DNA of 64,000 bases, from contig RDEW01000078.1 in NCBI GenBank assembly GCA_011109175.1, positions 1 to 64,000 of the forward strand, written 5' to 3'. This stretch comes from Dicyema japonicum. Its lineage: Eukaryota; Animalia; Dicyemida. Below the pieces are notes generated by a model. The model saw only the letters and a program-made list of their open reading frames with translations, did no database searches and had not been told where the DNA came from. Each line of letters begins with the position of its first letter. The stretch's first letter is position 1. The position numbers and the translations under genes were made by a program. Shown here in pieces: positions 24,405 through 37,869 of this stretch.

Positions 24405-25045
24405 TAGACAATCTGAACTGCTGGCCCGTTAAGAACATTCTACAGACAAGTTCCGAAAAGTCTTATACAACAATTTTTACAACAAACCAGAAGATTGACA
24501 AACTCTGCTCCATGTGTAACCATAAATGGAAACTCAATCCTAACTCGGTCAAGATACTGGGCGTAACATACGACCCACTCTTGACCTTCAGCAAACACAT
24601 CGACAACGTCATCTCCTCGGCACAACGAAAGCTAAATTTTGTTAAAACACTCCTTGGACAATATAATGGGTGTTTCAACTCAAATTTGGACTCGCTCTAC
24701 GTGCAGTATATTCAACCATCTCTAACTTATGGGTGTGCTACATGGGGAACCATACTATCAAACGCGAATATGAAAAAATAATACATTCAAAAAAATCGCC
24801 AGTAAGGCTCTGCAAAGGTTTTCCCAGACACCATTAAACCCTACACAATTTGAGGAATTAATGAGGAAAACCGGAGTTTTACTACCATTCCAAAAAGTAA
24901 GAACCCACGCCCAATCAGGAAATGCGTTGGAACCCGGGAGGAACACCGAGCAAGAATGAGATGGCTATTCGAGGCGGCCGGAATCACCTGACGGCTATTA
25001 GTCATTTAATTAGTCGGTGATTTTGGGTTTTTAATAATAATAACA
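24405..25045 (+). mobile_element. LINE 3' end (RT C-terminus and tail)
   Basis: VKILGVTYDPLLTFSKHIDNV..RKLNFVKTL..LYVQYIQPSLTYGCATW. It ends AAGIT* followed by a (TAA)n tail, similar to the ends at about 36870 and 43210. Confidence 0.85.
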
Positions 25046-25074
25046 GTTGTCTTAGATGATAAATACATTCCTAT

Positions 25075-25395
25075 TATCAGTGGTTAGTACTTTCACTCCT
25101 GGGTTCGATTCCCGTAACGCTATCAAACTGGTCGAACGATTTCTTACTGTTCTATGTCATCTTAGAGCTTCGTGAGATTTACCTGTCTCGGGAAACCCAA
25201 AGCCTTTGCCTTGCATCCAAAAAGGATCCATCTTTTCCCCACTACGCCCAAGTGGTCCCAAGATATGGACAAATTCGTATCCTGAAAAAGAAGTGTCTTA
25301 TTCCTGCCACGTGAACTGGATATACCCTAATTAGATATTAACTAACTCTGAACCTATTTTCTGTATATACTGGGTCATCGAATAAATAAATAATT
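25075..25395 (+). mobile_element. tRNA-headed SINE, type B
   Basis: CAGTGGTTAG..GGGTTCGATTCCC head, AAAAGGATCC core and (AATA)n tail. Confidence 0.75.
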
Positions 25396-26229
25396 CCCAT
25401 CAAAAGGCAAAGCTATCACTCTTCCTCACTCACACATTCCCTAGCAGCACAACCATTAAGAAGTCGACTTTCAGGAATCATTTTTCTTACCAAGAAAAAG
25501 ATCCGTTACACGACCGCCCTTAGTTACGATAATCTCACATAACTCGTGGAATGTCATAGAATCTCAATATCGCTAAACATTGAAAAATTGTGTTTCATAT
25601 CAAAACTTAGCCAACTGAAAACCTTAGTGTGCTTGATCTACTTCAAGATGATTTCGATTCTTTTTTCAGAATAATCTTGATAAGAATGATTCCCGGACAC
25701 TTTCAAACGATGCCATGAAAATTGTCTTAGCAAATGAAAAGTCTCCACAATCTTTTGCGAATCCGTCTTGAAATTCCCATTTAACAGCTTGTCACGAGGA
25801 TTTTTTGTCACCGTCATTTTTAATCTGTTTTTACATGGCCTATTGGCTGGCTCACACGAACTAGTTACTGCTATCTTTTACAACATTTTTTTAATCGACT
25901 AAACATAATATTGAAATCGAATTTTGAAACCGCGGACAATATTAATTACCTCCAATAGTGGATTGATTATCTCTGTCCTGGACAGGTTCTGATGGTCAAT
26001 AAATTTCATAGATGAAACAGTAAAATATTCGATTCTCATTTGATTCTAAAGACTTTTGGGAGACCTAATTAATTTCAGCCCCTTGTCTTAAAAAAACTAA
26101 ATTTCGTTCAAAAAAAATTTCTGAAAAAATACATAGGCATATGAGGCTAAATTGAAACCCCTCTTTTAAACACTAATTGCTCTCCTTGAAAAGTTGGACC
26201 CCAGAATTATTTGAGGAATTTATTAATTT

Positions 26230-26525
26230 TTTCAATTTATTAACTCGGGATACACCGGAAAGAAGCTAACAGTAAACAACTAGTTAAGTTTAGTTTCCAC
26301 TTTACAGAAACAGAGTCCTTTAACGTCACACAAATCCATTCGGAACTAGCATAAAAGGTAGAGGACATCAATTCCTTGCAGATGAGGAAACATCTCCAGT
26401 GGAGTGAAGAGAGTAAACGATCTTTTTGAATGCCAACCTGTCACTGGATGCTACCTGGTGGATCACAGGACGCCATAATAGTGGGAAGGAAAAGAAAAGA
26501 AACAGACAAAACAAACAAAAATCTT
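26230..26525 (-). mobile_element. SINE type B (headless)
   Basis: The reverse complement aligns with 49430-49690 and 17398-17640. Confidence 0.7.
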
Positions 26526-26949
26526 GAGGAATTTATGAATGCTGAATTCAATCTACGTTGGAAGTTTTTGATGATCTGTGGTATTTATTCACCTGTTAAA
26601 AATAAATATATAAAGAAAACTATTTATCTTTTAGTTTTATTTAAAATTCAATGATCCGCTTAAGATCTTGTACTTGCAACGTGTGTTAGACAGGAGATCT
26701 GAGAAAGGTAAAGAAAGCAATGCGACTTGTCACCATCCTCTCTCATTAAGTTTCTTCATTACTACCTCTCCATTATTTAAAGTAATGCAATTATTACTAC
26801 AACACTAACATTATTATCATCATTTTACATTTCTCACTACAAACAAAACCATCATTTAAAAAATTAATATTTTATTAATTTTTTATTTTATAAATTTATT
26901 ATGATTAGGACTAAACCACAATAATGCATCTCCAAACTGGACTCAATGT

Positions 26950-27300
26950 ATATCACTTTAGATTTTTGGAAGCGCTCAGCGGGCACTTAATGCGCCTCGA
27001 AAAAGAACCAATAGCTTCTTTCCTCCGGGGAGGTTTCTAGCTCTCCGGCGACACACTCCTAGCAAGGCTTCAGTTTTACGGAATAACTCAACAGCTTAGA
27101 GAAAGAGCAGATCGACTACTGCGCTACAATTAAACATTAATGGAATAAGAGGAAATATCCTGGAACTACTCTCTATTATATAAACATAATATTAATATTG
27201 TACTTATCCAAAAGACCAAACTCATTACAAATAGTCATTCCCCGGAAATAAACATATAAATTATATTCAACGAAATGCTCTAAACACATTTTCTTGACCT
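26950..27300 (+). mobile_element. LINE APE endonuclease N-terminal fragment
   Basis: LQLNINGIRGNILEL..KHNINIVLIQKTKL. Confidence 0.65.
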
Positions 27301-30300
27301 CTTGGTGCACAAACCCGGAAAACCCAAGCGATAATATTATTGAAGTCTTCAGAATACTCTCAAATGTTATCCTAAAGAGAATTAGACAGAAATACTTTTA
27401 TGTGAGTCCGAACAGCTTCAGAAGTGAAGAATCGACTTCAAATGTTGTCTGAGTCATCGAAGACCAATATGTGATGTATTAATATACAAAGACAAAAATT
27501 GGTTTAGATCTCCCCCTGTATTTGAGTTCTAAATAAAGGAAGACTAATTGATGTTTACGAGATTTTTTTATACGAAAACCGTGAGTCATCGGAATACTAT
27601 TGTGAAAAAGGCCTGCATGTTTAGGTTCATGGAAATTCATGACACATGTTGTAGATAAGGTGATTTCCTATCCGACGTGAAGAAATTTAATCAAATAACA
27701 TATTGTCGAATACATTATTCCGAAAAAAAACATAAATGAGATTTTTAGAACACCGCTTTACTATTCTACTCATAGCTTGGCCAATATGGTATAAATACAA
27801 TTGGGGAAATAAGTATCCCACAAACTAATTTTCGATTATTAAAAAGAGAGGTCTTATACGAGTGAATTAAAACCTCGTTTATTTTAGAAACAGTGTTAAA
27901 ATGGTTTTTGTCTAAAAATTCATCCCAAAACGTATAAATAAACATAAGGTTTACTAAGATTTTGAATTCGATTCTCGTCTGATTGAATCCTGAAGGAAAC
28001 CGATTATCAGCGGAATTCAAATGAAAATAGAAACAATTTGGAAGAGGGTCGTCTGTTATTTCCGTCAAATTTGATATTTTTCTTTCTTTTATTTACCCCC
28101 CAGTACTTTCAAGTAAAAAAAGCAGTGGTTAAAAGGAAAGTAATAGCCGGAAGCGGGCGGTATCGATAGATAAGATGACTCACTTTTTTGGTCATTAAGG
28201 ATCCTCTTCCTTGTCAATCCGGGATCACTTTTTCCTTTTAATACAGTCATCCCGTGGAAATAAATACTCCATTTAAGAATGTTAGTAAATTAAATCTAAG
28301 AATCTCAGAGGTTTCAGCTCCAACGGACTTGAACATTAGGTGATTTATTGTATAGAAGTTTCTTTAGTAAAAAAGGATTCCGAACCACATGTAGAACATA
28401 GTTCTACAATTGTGGGGTTAGAAAGAATTGAATTCAATCATCAACGATCGTTTGCAACTTCTCTTAAGTCTCCAAATGTTCTCCGCATTTATTCAGATGT
28501 GTGACTCGTGGGCGTCTACTGATCTCATTTGTTGATCAATTTTAAATAACATATGTCATTTTATTAATTTTCGTGTTTTGGAATTTTTTAATTTTAACAA
28601 TATCTTGGTTTTTTATTGCGTGGTCATATGAGTGGAAGATATGTTCGCAGTGGAAGATAAGTTTGAAAAGTTTAATTCAGTGATAGATCGGGTTTTGGAA
28701 GTGGAAATCATGTGTGAAAATGCTTAAAAGCCGTTTGCGCTTTCAAATTTTAATGTAAAGCTTACAAAAATTATCAGTCAGTAATCAAAAACCACAGTTC
28801 TAATTAAGAGAACCTTAACTCAAACATTAATTAAAGTCAAAAAGAAGACAGAAAAAACCAGCAAATTAATTGATGAGTTTGCAGTAAGGCTGGCAGAGTC
28901 AACTTAGACACCACATCCAACTTTTACCTATGAAATAACTTTTTAATTGGCCAATAGTCCTTATACCACTCTCAAATTTAGATAGTATTTTTAGAGCTCG
29001 ATTACAATTTATATGATAATTAAATGAAATATTTTCTTGTTCTTTTAAATTCATCGAATTTCAGTACCTCTTCGTATTCAAATGAAAATGTAAGAGTGAT
29101 TTTAACATCAAAGTAGTTTTCTTAATCCGTTGTTAATAGGATCTTTGAATGATCACTTTTGATCGATACACACTCTATTAGATGTTCAAAGGCCTTGGTT
29201 TCACCCCGGATTTCTTGATGATTTTGAAAATCTAAAAGACAAAACATTTTCACAAAATTATCTTTCAGCACGGCACCATTTTTTAATGTTCCCAGCATGA
29301 TTCAAAAATCTTCACTTTTCTGTTAAGAATAAGGCAGAGTAATCATCCTTATATTAAAGTATAGTGACATATAGGACTTCCTCTTAGTGGTCAATGAGTT
29401 TGATTTTCCAGATTCTTTGTAATCTGCTGAATTGGGTCAACAGATAATTAAAATTAATATCAGAGCTCTTAAAAATATGTTGAAATAACTAAATTAAATA
29501 GATAATCTATATTAAAGATCTCTATTGCCCAAGATAATAAGGACACAGCGTGGAAGTAAAGATTCTTGGATGATATATGCTTATAACTAAAATCTGAGTT
29601 AAATTCCACAAAATAATTAACTAAAATGAGGGATATTTTGTACTAAGTCATTGGGGATAAACAATTAGAACTTCATATTCTAAAATTTGAATTTATTAAA
29701 TAATTTTTATAAAAAATATTCAATGATTGACTATTTGAAGATTTGTAAGAAGTACATTAGAGTTTAGTTAGTTACTATTAACATATGGTAGTCAAACAAC
29801 TAGTCCTACTCCTGTGCACTTCCACAAACTTCTCAGAGTGAGCAGAGGACGTAAACAAGTGGGAATCTTTAATGAAGAGATATATTTATGCGAGTAGTTC
29901 ATGAGTCAGAGTATGTTTGCAGTTAGAAATATGCTGGGAGACTGTGAAAGAAACTGCGCAATTTTATTCCAAGAGTGGCTTACACTGCTTGAATAACATT
30001 TAATAAAATGCTGAATTACAATAAAGTCAAATATTAAAAAAAATTGAGAATCAGGCAATTTATCATTTGTTAGAATAATATAAGGAAATATTTTATGTAA
30101 AATTATCAATTTAATTAAATTCTTTCCGATATTGCATTACACAACCAGTTGCGATAAGTGTTTGAAATTAATTCAAAAAATTACATTATTTCAATTTAAC
30201 GTGACATTTGCTTTTCTTTAATATGACTAAATACAAAAAACTACTGCATGTTTAAAGACCAGCAAAAATGTGACTATACAATGCCTTCACACTAACCATA

Positions 30301-30490
30301 GTGCTCTATAACTCGGGAACGTGAAGACTAACTAAAAACTACTCAAGAAATTTATTTCGAATTTATATACTACAATAAACTTAAAATAGTCTTTTTAAGT
30401 ATCTTATATATGAAAAAGGTTATCTTTCAAAAACACGCTACTTTCACTATATAAGCAATCCACATATAAGATGAAACAAAAAGATAACAA

Positions 30491-32822
30491 ATGGTTTCCT
30501 GTTAGCAATTATTTAGAATATACTTATTTGTGTAATATGGATGACCAAAATATATTCACATGCAGTGAATTACACGATTGAAGAGGAATTACCTATTGGA
30601 CATGTAATTGGTAATTTCTGTAGGGATTTAATGATTAATTGTTCTGACTATGATGTCTCTCTACAGTGTTATTATTTCTCACTAGACAAGTCTGGTGATA
30701 TAAGAGTAAGGGTGAATGACATATTTAGATTAAAGAAAGGATTGATTATGATTCTGTATTCATGAAATTGCAAAACTATGAATTCAGGTATAAAATATAT
30801 CTTTCAGGCGAATCGGGAAATTTAATTGTGGATTTAGTAGTGAAAGTATTATTTTAATTTAGAAATAATTAGGTCGTCGATATAAATGATAATAAACCGA
30901 TATTTGATAGTCGAGTAATATATTTTAATGTCACTGAATTAAAAATTGGGACAAATTTAACATTCCCGAAAGCCAAAGATGCAGACAGAAATGATATAAT
31001 TAGATATGCATTGCTTGGAAACCAGGATTTTGAATTAATTGAGGATTTCACAAACTTAACTTTAAAATGTCTTAAAAATTTCAATGCCAGTACTATGACG
31101 TCACTCAGAATTATTGCCGTCGACAATTATACATTGGAACATTTAGAATATATTGATATTAAAATTAACCATCACACTCCTAAATACAACATAACTGCTT
31201 CTGAAGATGATATATTATTATCATGGAAGGCGGAATCCAACGTTTTTGTTGTTAATAAGACCACTTCATTGCTGGGTACTTTAACTGCTACAACTAATGA
31301 TACAATTTCATGTATTGCAAACTCACGTGCAATTAGTTTGAGTTTATCAGTAAAGAATGAATATAATGTGTATGTGAATGACTATAATAGTGTGATTCCT
31401 GTCACAACTATTAATATTACATGTATTAAATTAACTGATGATGGCTGTCCTTATTCATGGGATAGAGGACAAGATGTTTACATAACAAACTTGACAGTAT
31501 TTTATTAATATTATTGTTAGATTATTTCTGAAAATATTTCTAATACTGCCATGTATTTGAAGATATATGAAAATATGCCAATTGAAACTGCAGTTGATAT
31601 TGGAATTAGCGAAAATTGGGATATTAAAGGCTCAACTAATTTTGTTGTATCAAGGTTTTCATTGTACCCAGTATCAAACCGAGTTTTTGACTATGAAAAA
31701 GAAAAAAATATAAATATTACTGTAAAATTTAAAAATGATACATATTTAACTAAAACAATTAATATACTTGATGCGAATGATAATTCTCCATTATTTATAA
31801 ATTCAACCTGTGGATATTATATAATGATAAACTCTCCATCAAATCAATCACTATTCAATATAAAAGCACAGGACAATGACTCAGCCGAAAACTCCCAAGT
31901 AAAATATAGAATACATGCAATCAATGATTTGAGTATTATTGACTGTCCTTCAAAGAATAACACTGACAATTTATTCAAAATAGATTCAAATACAGGAATA
32001 GTTTATACAAATAAGAGAATAACCAAAGAAACAATATATAATGTTATCATTGAGGCTTATGACTCGGGACCACAACAACTATTCACTCAAACAAATTGCT
32101 TTATTAAAGTCATTAACCTCACCAATATGTTTAAATACAACTATTTTGGATATTTTTTAAAACCACGAAGTACACTTAATAGCACTAAATTGAATACTGG
32201 AAATGTTATCATGAATACTGCTATTTTTGTCTCTGAAGAAATTACCGACATGAAATATTTAATTTCCAATGAATCCTTAGGATACTTTATAATTGATCCC
32301 CAAACTGGATCTCTCACAATAATCAAAGTACCAATGGATTATTCACTTAATATTGAGTTTTCATCACAAAAATACTCGACTTTTAAATATAATTTTGTCA
32401 TCCAATTTGAATGGAAAAAATCAAAAATAACTCCGAAACTGAACGAAACAGACAAGAAATCAATGGTTATTATATGGACAATGTCCTTCATTTTAATTTT
32501 TGTAGTCACAATATCCTTCGGAATCACTGTAATGATTAAAAAACGAAAATTAAAGAATACTAATGAATTTGAATGGAAAAAATCAAAAATAACTCCGAAA
32601 CTGAACGAAACAGACAAGAAATCAATGGTTATTATATGGACAATGTCCTTCATTTTAATTTTTGTAGTCACAATATCCTTCGGAATCACTGTAATGATTA
32701 GAAAACGAAAATTAAAGAAAACTAATGGGAAAACATTTTATCGTAAAATGAATGGTAAAAATCCTGTTGATCCTTCTGTAAGCTTTGAGGGTGTTTGGGA
32801 GAATGACAATCAATTTAATTAG
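30491..32822 (+). CDS. Protocadherin-like (non-classical cadherin) membrane protein, 744 aa. Exons 30491-30493, 30517-30705, 30729-30845, 30873-31496, 31521-32822
   Basis: Removing four GT-AG introns (23, 23, 27, 24 nt; all phase 0) gives one open frame. It has a signal peptide MNILICVIWMTKIYS and cadherin motifs YTIEEELPIG, RIDYD, VDINDNKPIF, AKDAD, FDYE, LDANDNSPLF, AQDNDSAENSQVKY, FKIDSNTG and AYDSG. About six EC repeats, a TM segment and a short tail. Intron positions are conserved in the paralogue. Confidence 0.9.
32404..32727 (+). repeat. In-frame 162-bp tandem duplication of the stalk, TM and basic cluster
   Basis: FEWKKSKITPKLNETDKKSMVIIWTMSFILIFVVTISFGITVMI[K/R]KRKLK[N/K]TN occurs twice. 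Copies start at 32404 and 32566. Confidence 0.92.
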
Positions 32823-34569
32823 TGATTTCTTATTTTTTCGTTAATCTATTGGCTTTCTTTAATTCAGTGAGTCAGAGTAAATAGCTTTCCTGACATCTCA
32901 AGTCACTTTTTAAATAAAAAATTCCAAACTGAGTAACGACAAACTAACAAATAGCGACACGTTGTAGCAGGAATGAATGGGAGATAGTATTCAGATAGAG
33001 TAAAGTGACATGATGCACCTAAACATATTAATACTTAAATAAAGTTAACCATTTTTGAAATTTATTTCAAATTTATTAGAAAGAGTGAAAAATGGCAAGA
33101 ACAATTTATGACATTTTAATAAAAAAATGTTATTCGACATTTACTAAGAAGTTACATGAATAGTCAGAGATCACTAGTCGTCATTATCCGTGAGACTGAC
33201 AAGTCAGTTACTCTTTTTTTCTAATACGGTATGCTAATATGGAAGAAATTCTATTGAAGCTAAGTTTTTTTTCAAAACTAACTATCGAGAATCCAAAAAC
33301 AATGATTATCTTCTTAAAATTCATCACTTCTGATTGGTGATCGTACCAGATGACATTGAATTGTATTAATTCAATCATGACTAATTAAAAAGTGATTCAG
33401 TAATTACAGATTTCCATAAATTATTGCAAATTTAAAATATTTCCTATACTTTCTTAATCCAATAATACAGTCCCTTTGATTTTTTGCAGTTACATTTTAC
33501 TGTTAAAGACATTTCTTACTTTTTGGAATTCTAAGGACACAACAGCAAAAATTATAATTCCTTAATATCGCTCTCAGCACTCATGGAGTGCCATACCTGT
33601 AGTACAATGGGAATTAATTTACTTTATTAAATAAACGCAGCAATAATCAATAATATAAAACCCATCTAATTTGTCAAGCAATTTCCCTTGTCGACAACGC
33701 TGACTCGGGGCAGCTCATCAGAGAAATTTCGTTCAGTTTGTAGTTCGTAGATGACTAAAGTGATGGCAAAAAATGAACATTGCCATCCTTGTTTGTTTGA
33801 CCGAAACATCGACTGATATTAATAATATTCTAAAAAATCAGGTTAAAAGCATCGTTTATACAGTATGAGCTAGAGATAATCTTCAGCTTAGAAAATACAG
33901 TAACTGTGACTCTAACAACGTCTTTTAGAGTTCATAATTTGACACTGATCATCATAGTCAGTTAAAAGTAGGTTTCTTTCTCAAATATTAAAGTTAATAT
34001 ATGAAAGTATTAATATTTTATCAAAAAGTTTATTTGAGTATAATATTTCAGTCCTGAAATGTTAATCACAACCTTTTTCTTTAGAGTCTCTACGGTAAAC
34101 CTAGAAGACTATGAAGCTTAAATTTTTTGAGATTTATCGTAAAGACATAGACAGAATTTCACTTTGATCACAATAATATTTGAAGACTAAAACTCTTTAC
34201 GAATTTCATTTAGCAGCAAATGATCTTGGACATAGGATTTATGTAGTGATTAAACCTTTGTGAGGCTTGAGAGAATTCCAGATTAATTTATCATTCACAA
34301 TGAAATTATATAATTCGAGAGGTCCGTTTATCTCTCTATGTCAAACTCAAAAAGCTCCAGGGGCCGACTGAGATAATTTGAGTATACAAGCGGGCCACAC
34401 TAAGTAATCTGAAAACACCGAAATGTTATTGAAGTGTATTTAATAATTAGCAAGTCTACTTCATCGGTTATATTACGATAACACTTCACAATGCCAAATA
34501 TAACAATTGTAATCATTTTTTGAAGATTATCATTTTCCATTTTCAGTCTTTGTTTTGTCCTTGGGTGCC

Positions 34570-34850
34570 TCATTTTCATGACAGTTTTTCGTATATCTGA
34601 AATGTTTAGCAGTTCCGAACTGATCATGGATGACAAGTGAGCCTCAGTAAGCCTTGTTCTCTAAAACGATTTTGTTGATTTTACAAAGAAAAACAACTGT
34701 TACACATAGGTGGAACCGAAAACTGCCATAATAATCGTTGAAAACTATAAAGTTTGTAAACTTTTCCGGAAGTATGAATATAAGCCAGATATTCCTACTT
34801 CGAGGTATTTTTCTCTGAATGTAAAATCAGACTGCATTCCTAATAGTTCC
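34570..34850 (-). mobile_element. hAT transposase C-terminal dimerisation fragment (GTF2IRD2/SPIN-like)
   Basis: MAVFGSTYV..QLFFFVKSTKSF*RTRLTEAHLSS. Confidence 0.7.
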
Positions 34851-36559
34851 ATCGTAAGCACCAAGTGCTCCGCCAAACACGTTGAAGCACCCACCTTGTA
34901 AGACAGTACATCGTTGTTCTGGGAACGTTCGTATTAAAGGGGAACGTAAAGTGTAGGCCTGTGAACGTCTTCTAACCACGTAGAACCCCATAACCGCGGC
35001 CTGTCAATTTAAAGCCATTGACAGAAATGCACTGTTTTTCTTTTGTATCTCATTTCAATGATACGGTCAGCCCAATATCGTCGACTTTATAACAATCCTT
35101 TGTGCTGGCTGGTGTTTGACATAGCTGATCTATACATGTTCATATGTAAGACTTATTACTACTTCGGGTACCAAAAACCAGGATTCTTAATTTAAATACA
35201 TGGTTTTAGCCGTTTGCTATTATGTGACTACTTGATTTGAGATTTCTCTTCTTTTTGGTGGAGTCATGGATCCACCTTATTTAAATAGATGTTTCATTCC
35301 TTGCCGGCATTCAAAAGGATCCATATCTTCATTCCACCAGAAGACTATTTAGCTCCCTGGCAAAGTTCTGACATCGACCTCAGCTTTTAACAATGTTCTC
35401 TTATCTTTGTGCTTGGATGAGTGTTCTACTAAAATCATCAGATCTCGAGATTAGTTAGTTCGGTTTTACCCTTGATCTTTGGAATAATTTAATGGTGTAT
35501 GGATGACTTTTATAATAGTAATTTATGCAATTAGAGAAATGATCATTTTGTTAGTAAAGAAAAATTGTGTAGATACTCTCATTTTGGTCGATTTTACTAT
35601 AATTGCAATAAACTTTTTCGGATACTGAATTTATTTAAGAGAGAAATTTGTGGTGGTTGGATTTATGTCTGCAAAGTATCTGTGGATGCTCATTTGGATA
35701 CTGTTTCAAGTGTTCAGGATTGATAGAATAAAAGGATAAGCTACCCGAGATGTTGTATGATGATTAGTGTGAAATTGACGGAGAGAGATGACTAATGAGC
35801 TTTTAGGTCACATATGACAAATCCATTACTCATATTAGCGATTATGTTCCACTGTCGGTGTACTTAAAGGAAAAGTATACTATCCGAGTATTGGATGAAT
35901 AAAAATGAATTACTGTGATTTCCACGCATTCAAAGAGATTCAGGAGATTGTATTTGGATGACAAATCACTTTAGAGTAATGAGTTGACCACCAGCGGTAT
36001 TGATTGGTTCAATGGCAACTTTGTGGATGATTTTAAACATACAATATGATAATCTTTGACAAATTCGAATATGACACACAAGATGAGACCAGCGGCAATT
36101 AAATGGGACGCTCCAAATGATGGTCGGTTACATAAATCGGTATTTTAATATCACTGAAAATACCCGAAAATTAATTTATAAAAATATAAATGTTTATTTT
36201 ATTTTAATTATAGATTATAAATAATCCGAATTCGTATTATTGTGAGCGCAAGTGTTTATGAACGTTCGTGGTTGGACGGCTAGGTGACTGTGGAATTGTC
36301 GGCCTACTAATTTAGTGGTTAACATATTTGTTGACAATGTTAGGTACCAACTGCAACCCTGTAAGAAGGTGATTCTACCGAAGAAGAGGACACAAGAAAG
36401 CGTAGAGTTTTAGCGAAAAATTATACAGGGCAAGGCAACTGGACCATTGAAGTGGTAGCGGTTAGATTATCTAAAATATCTTAGTAGAACGAGAAGCTGG
36501 CTGATGACAATATCGATAGCTTGAGATTTTTTATGACCTTGCAAGGATTCCAGAGATTG

Positions 36560-36925
36560 TGATGAAAATGGGTATTTCATTATATTGACAGAATCCTAAA
36601 TATGGAATATATATGGGACCGAGTACATATATGAACTATGCCACCCCCGCAACGTTAGTGTGGTGCTGGTGGCTACTTGAATTGAAGATTTTTTGTTTGT
36701 TTCTTCTGTTCTTCCTCTTTCCTTTGGTTCCAGGGAGCTTGAATTGTTGGCATACTTTATGTGGCTCACCATTTCTGGTGGTGCAAGATATAATCCTAAA
36801 TTATAACCAAAAAGGACCATTAGTCAAGCACCAAGTCCAAGCATGCCAAGACTATTGATGGAGGCCGGAATCAGCTGAATATTTTACATTCTGGCTATGA
36901 CGGTTTTCTGGTTCAATAAATTTAA
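36560..36925 (+). mobile_element. LINE 3' end remnant
   Basis: Degraded RT C-terminus ending ..EAGIS*, similar to the terminus at 24960-25040. Confidence 0.45.
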
Positions 36926-36989
36926 TTTATATTATTTTTGTCTCGTCTTACGACAGATTTACCAGTTATTCAGTGGCTTTGTTCTTTCT

Positions 36990-37175
36990 TTGGAAGCGAA
37001 TGGTCACGTGGATATATTATTAAGCCAAGAAATCACCAGAAAGTTAGTTTTCAACGAGGGTTATGGCTGAGACAAAAGATTGGAATGGTCATACTCCGAG
37101 CGAACTCGTTCGCAATTCACGCAGCCGGTTTCCTCAACTGACATTTGTTTCTTTGTTAAAAAATTATTTTATTTA
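36990..37175 (+). mobile_element. CRE-clade extreme 3' fragment
   Basis: WLRQKIGMVILRANSFAIHAAGFLN* followed by an A-rich tail. Confidence 0.65.
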
Positions 37176-37869
37176 AAAAAATACAACACACTATGTACAT
37201 TGTGCCGATGATTTCCCACTTTAGATGGACGTGGTGCTCGACCTTCTTAAAAGGTTTTTGAAAAGGGTAGTCTGTGTAATAACTAGGGCAGTTTTTCTTA
37301 AGATGCCAGGATTGGCGAAGACTTTCCTACTGATATCCGCCATTTCTAGCCTCAACCAAAGTTCTTCGAGGGGCTCACATCACTTTGAAGCAAGCCTTCA
37401 TCCGATATTGGATCCTCCACATATTTCTTTACTTCCGCTGGACCCTCAACAAAATCCAAATATTTCATCCCTTTATATGCTTTGCAAATATTTTCTGCTG
37501 CGACTATGAGCAACTGATCTAATAGTTCAAAACTATTGTTAATTCCCTCACATTCAAAAGAACTAATTATATACGACTTCGGAAATTTCGATTCTTTGTT
37601 GTAGCACTTTTAAATTTATTTTAAAGGAGCTGGCTCACTGATCGCATTTCCTTACAGATCATCAGGCGAAATGAGTTCTCGATTCTGAAAAAAACCAGCA
37701 GCTGTTAACTGTTAGTTTTTAATTTATTTTTGTCTTTTTAAAAAAATTAATTGATGAATAGTAAAGACTACATTTAAGATTTGTTATATATTGATTTAGT
37801 GTCCTTTGACATTACAGTAAATCACCACGTTTATGTTAATTAATTGATTTTTTATAATTTGCGCCAGAT

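Noticed and set aside
25400-26000. Possible third Ginger2-like integrase remnant on the minus strand
   Set aside because: Only vague motif spacing, with no termini found.
30491-32822. Horizontal transfer of the protocadherin from a host animal
   Set aside because: The gene has resident-type micro-introns and base composition, and nothing in the sequence supports transfer.
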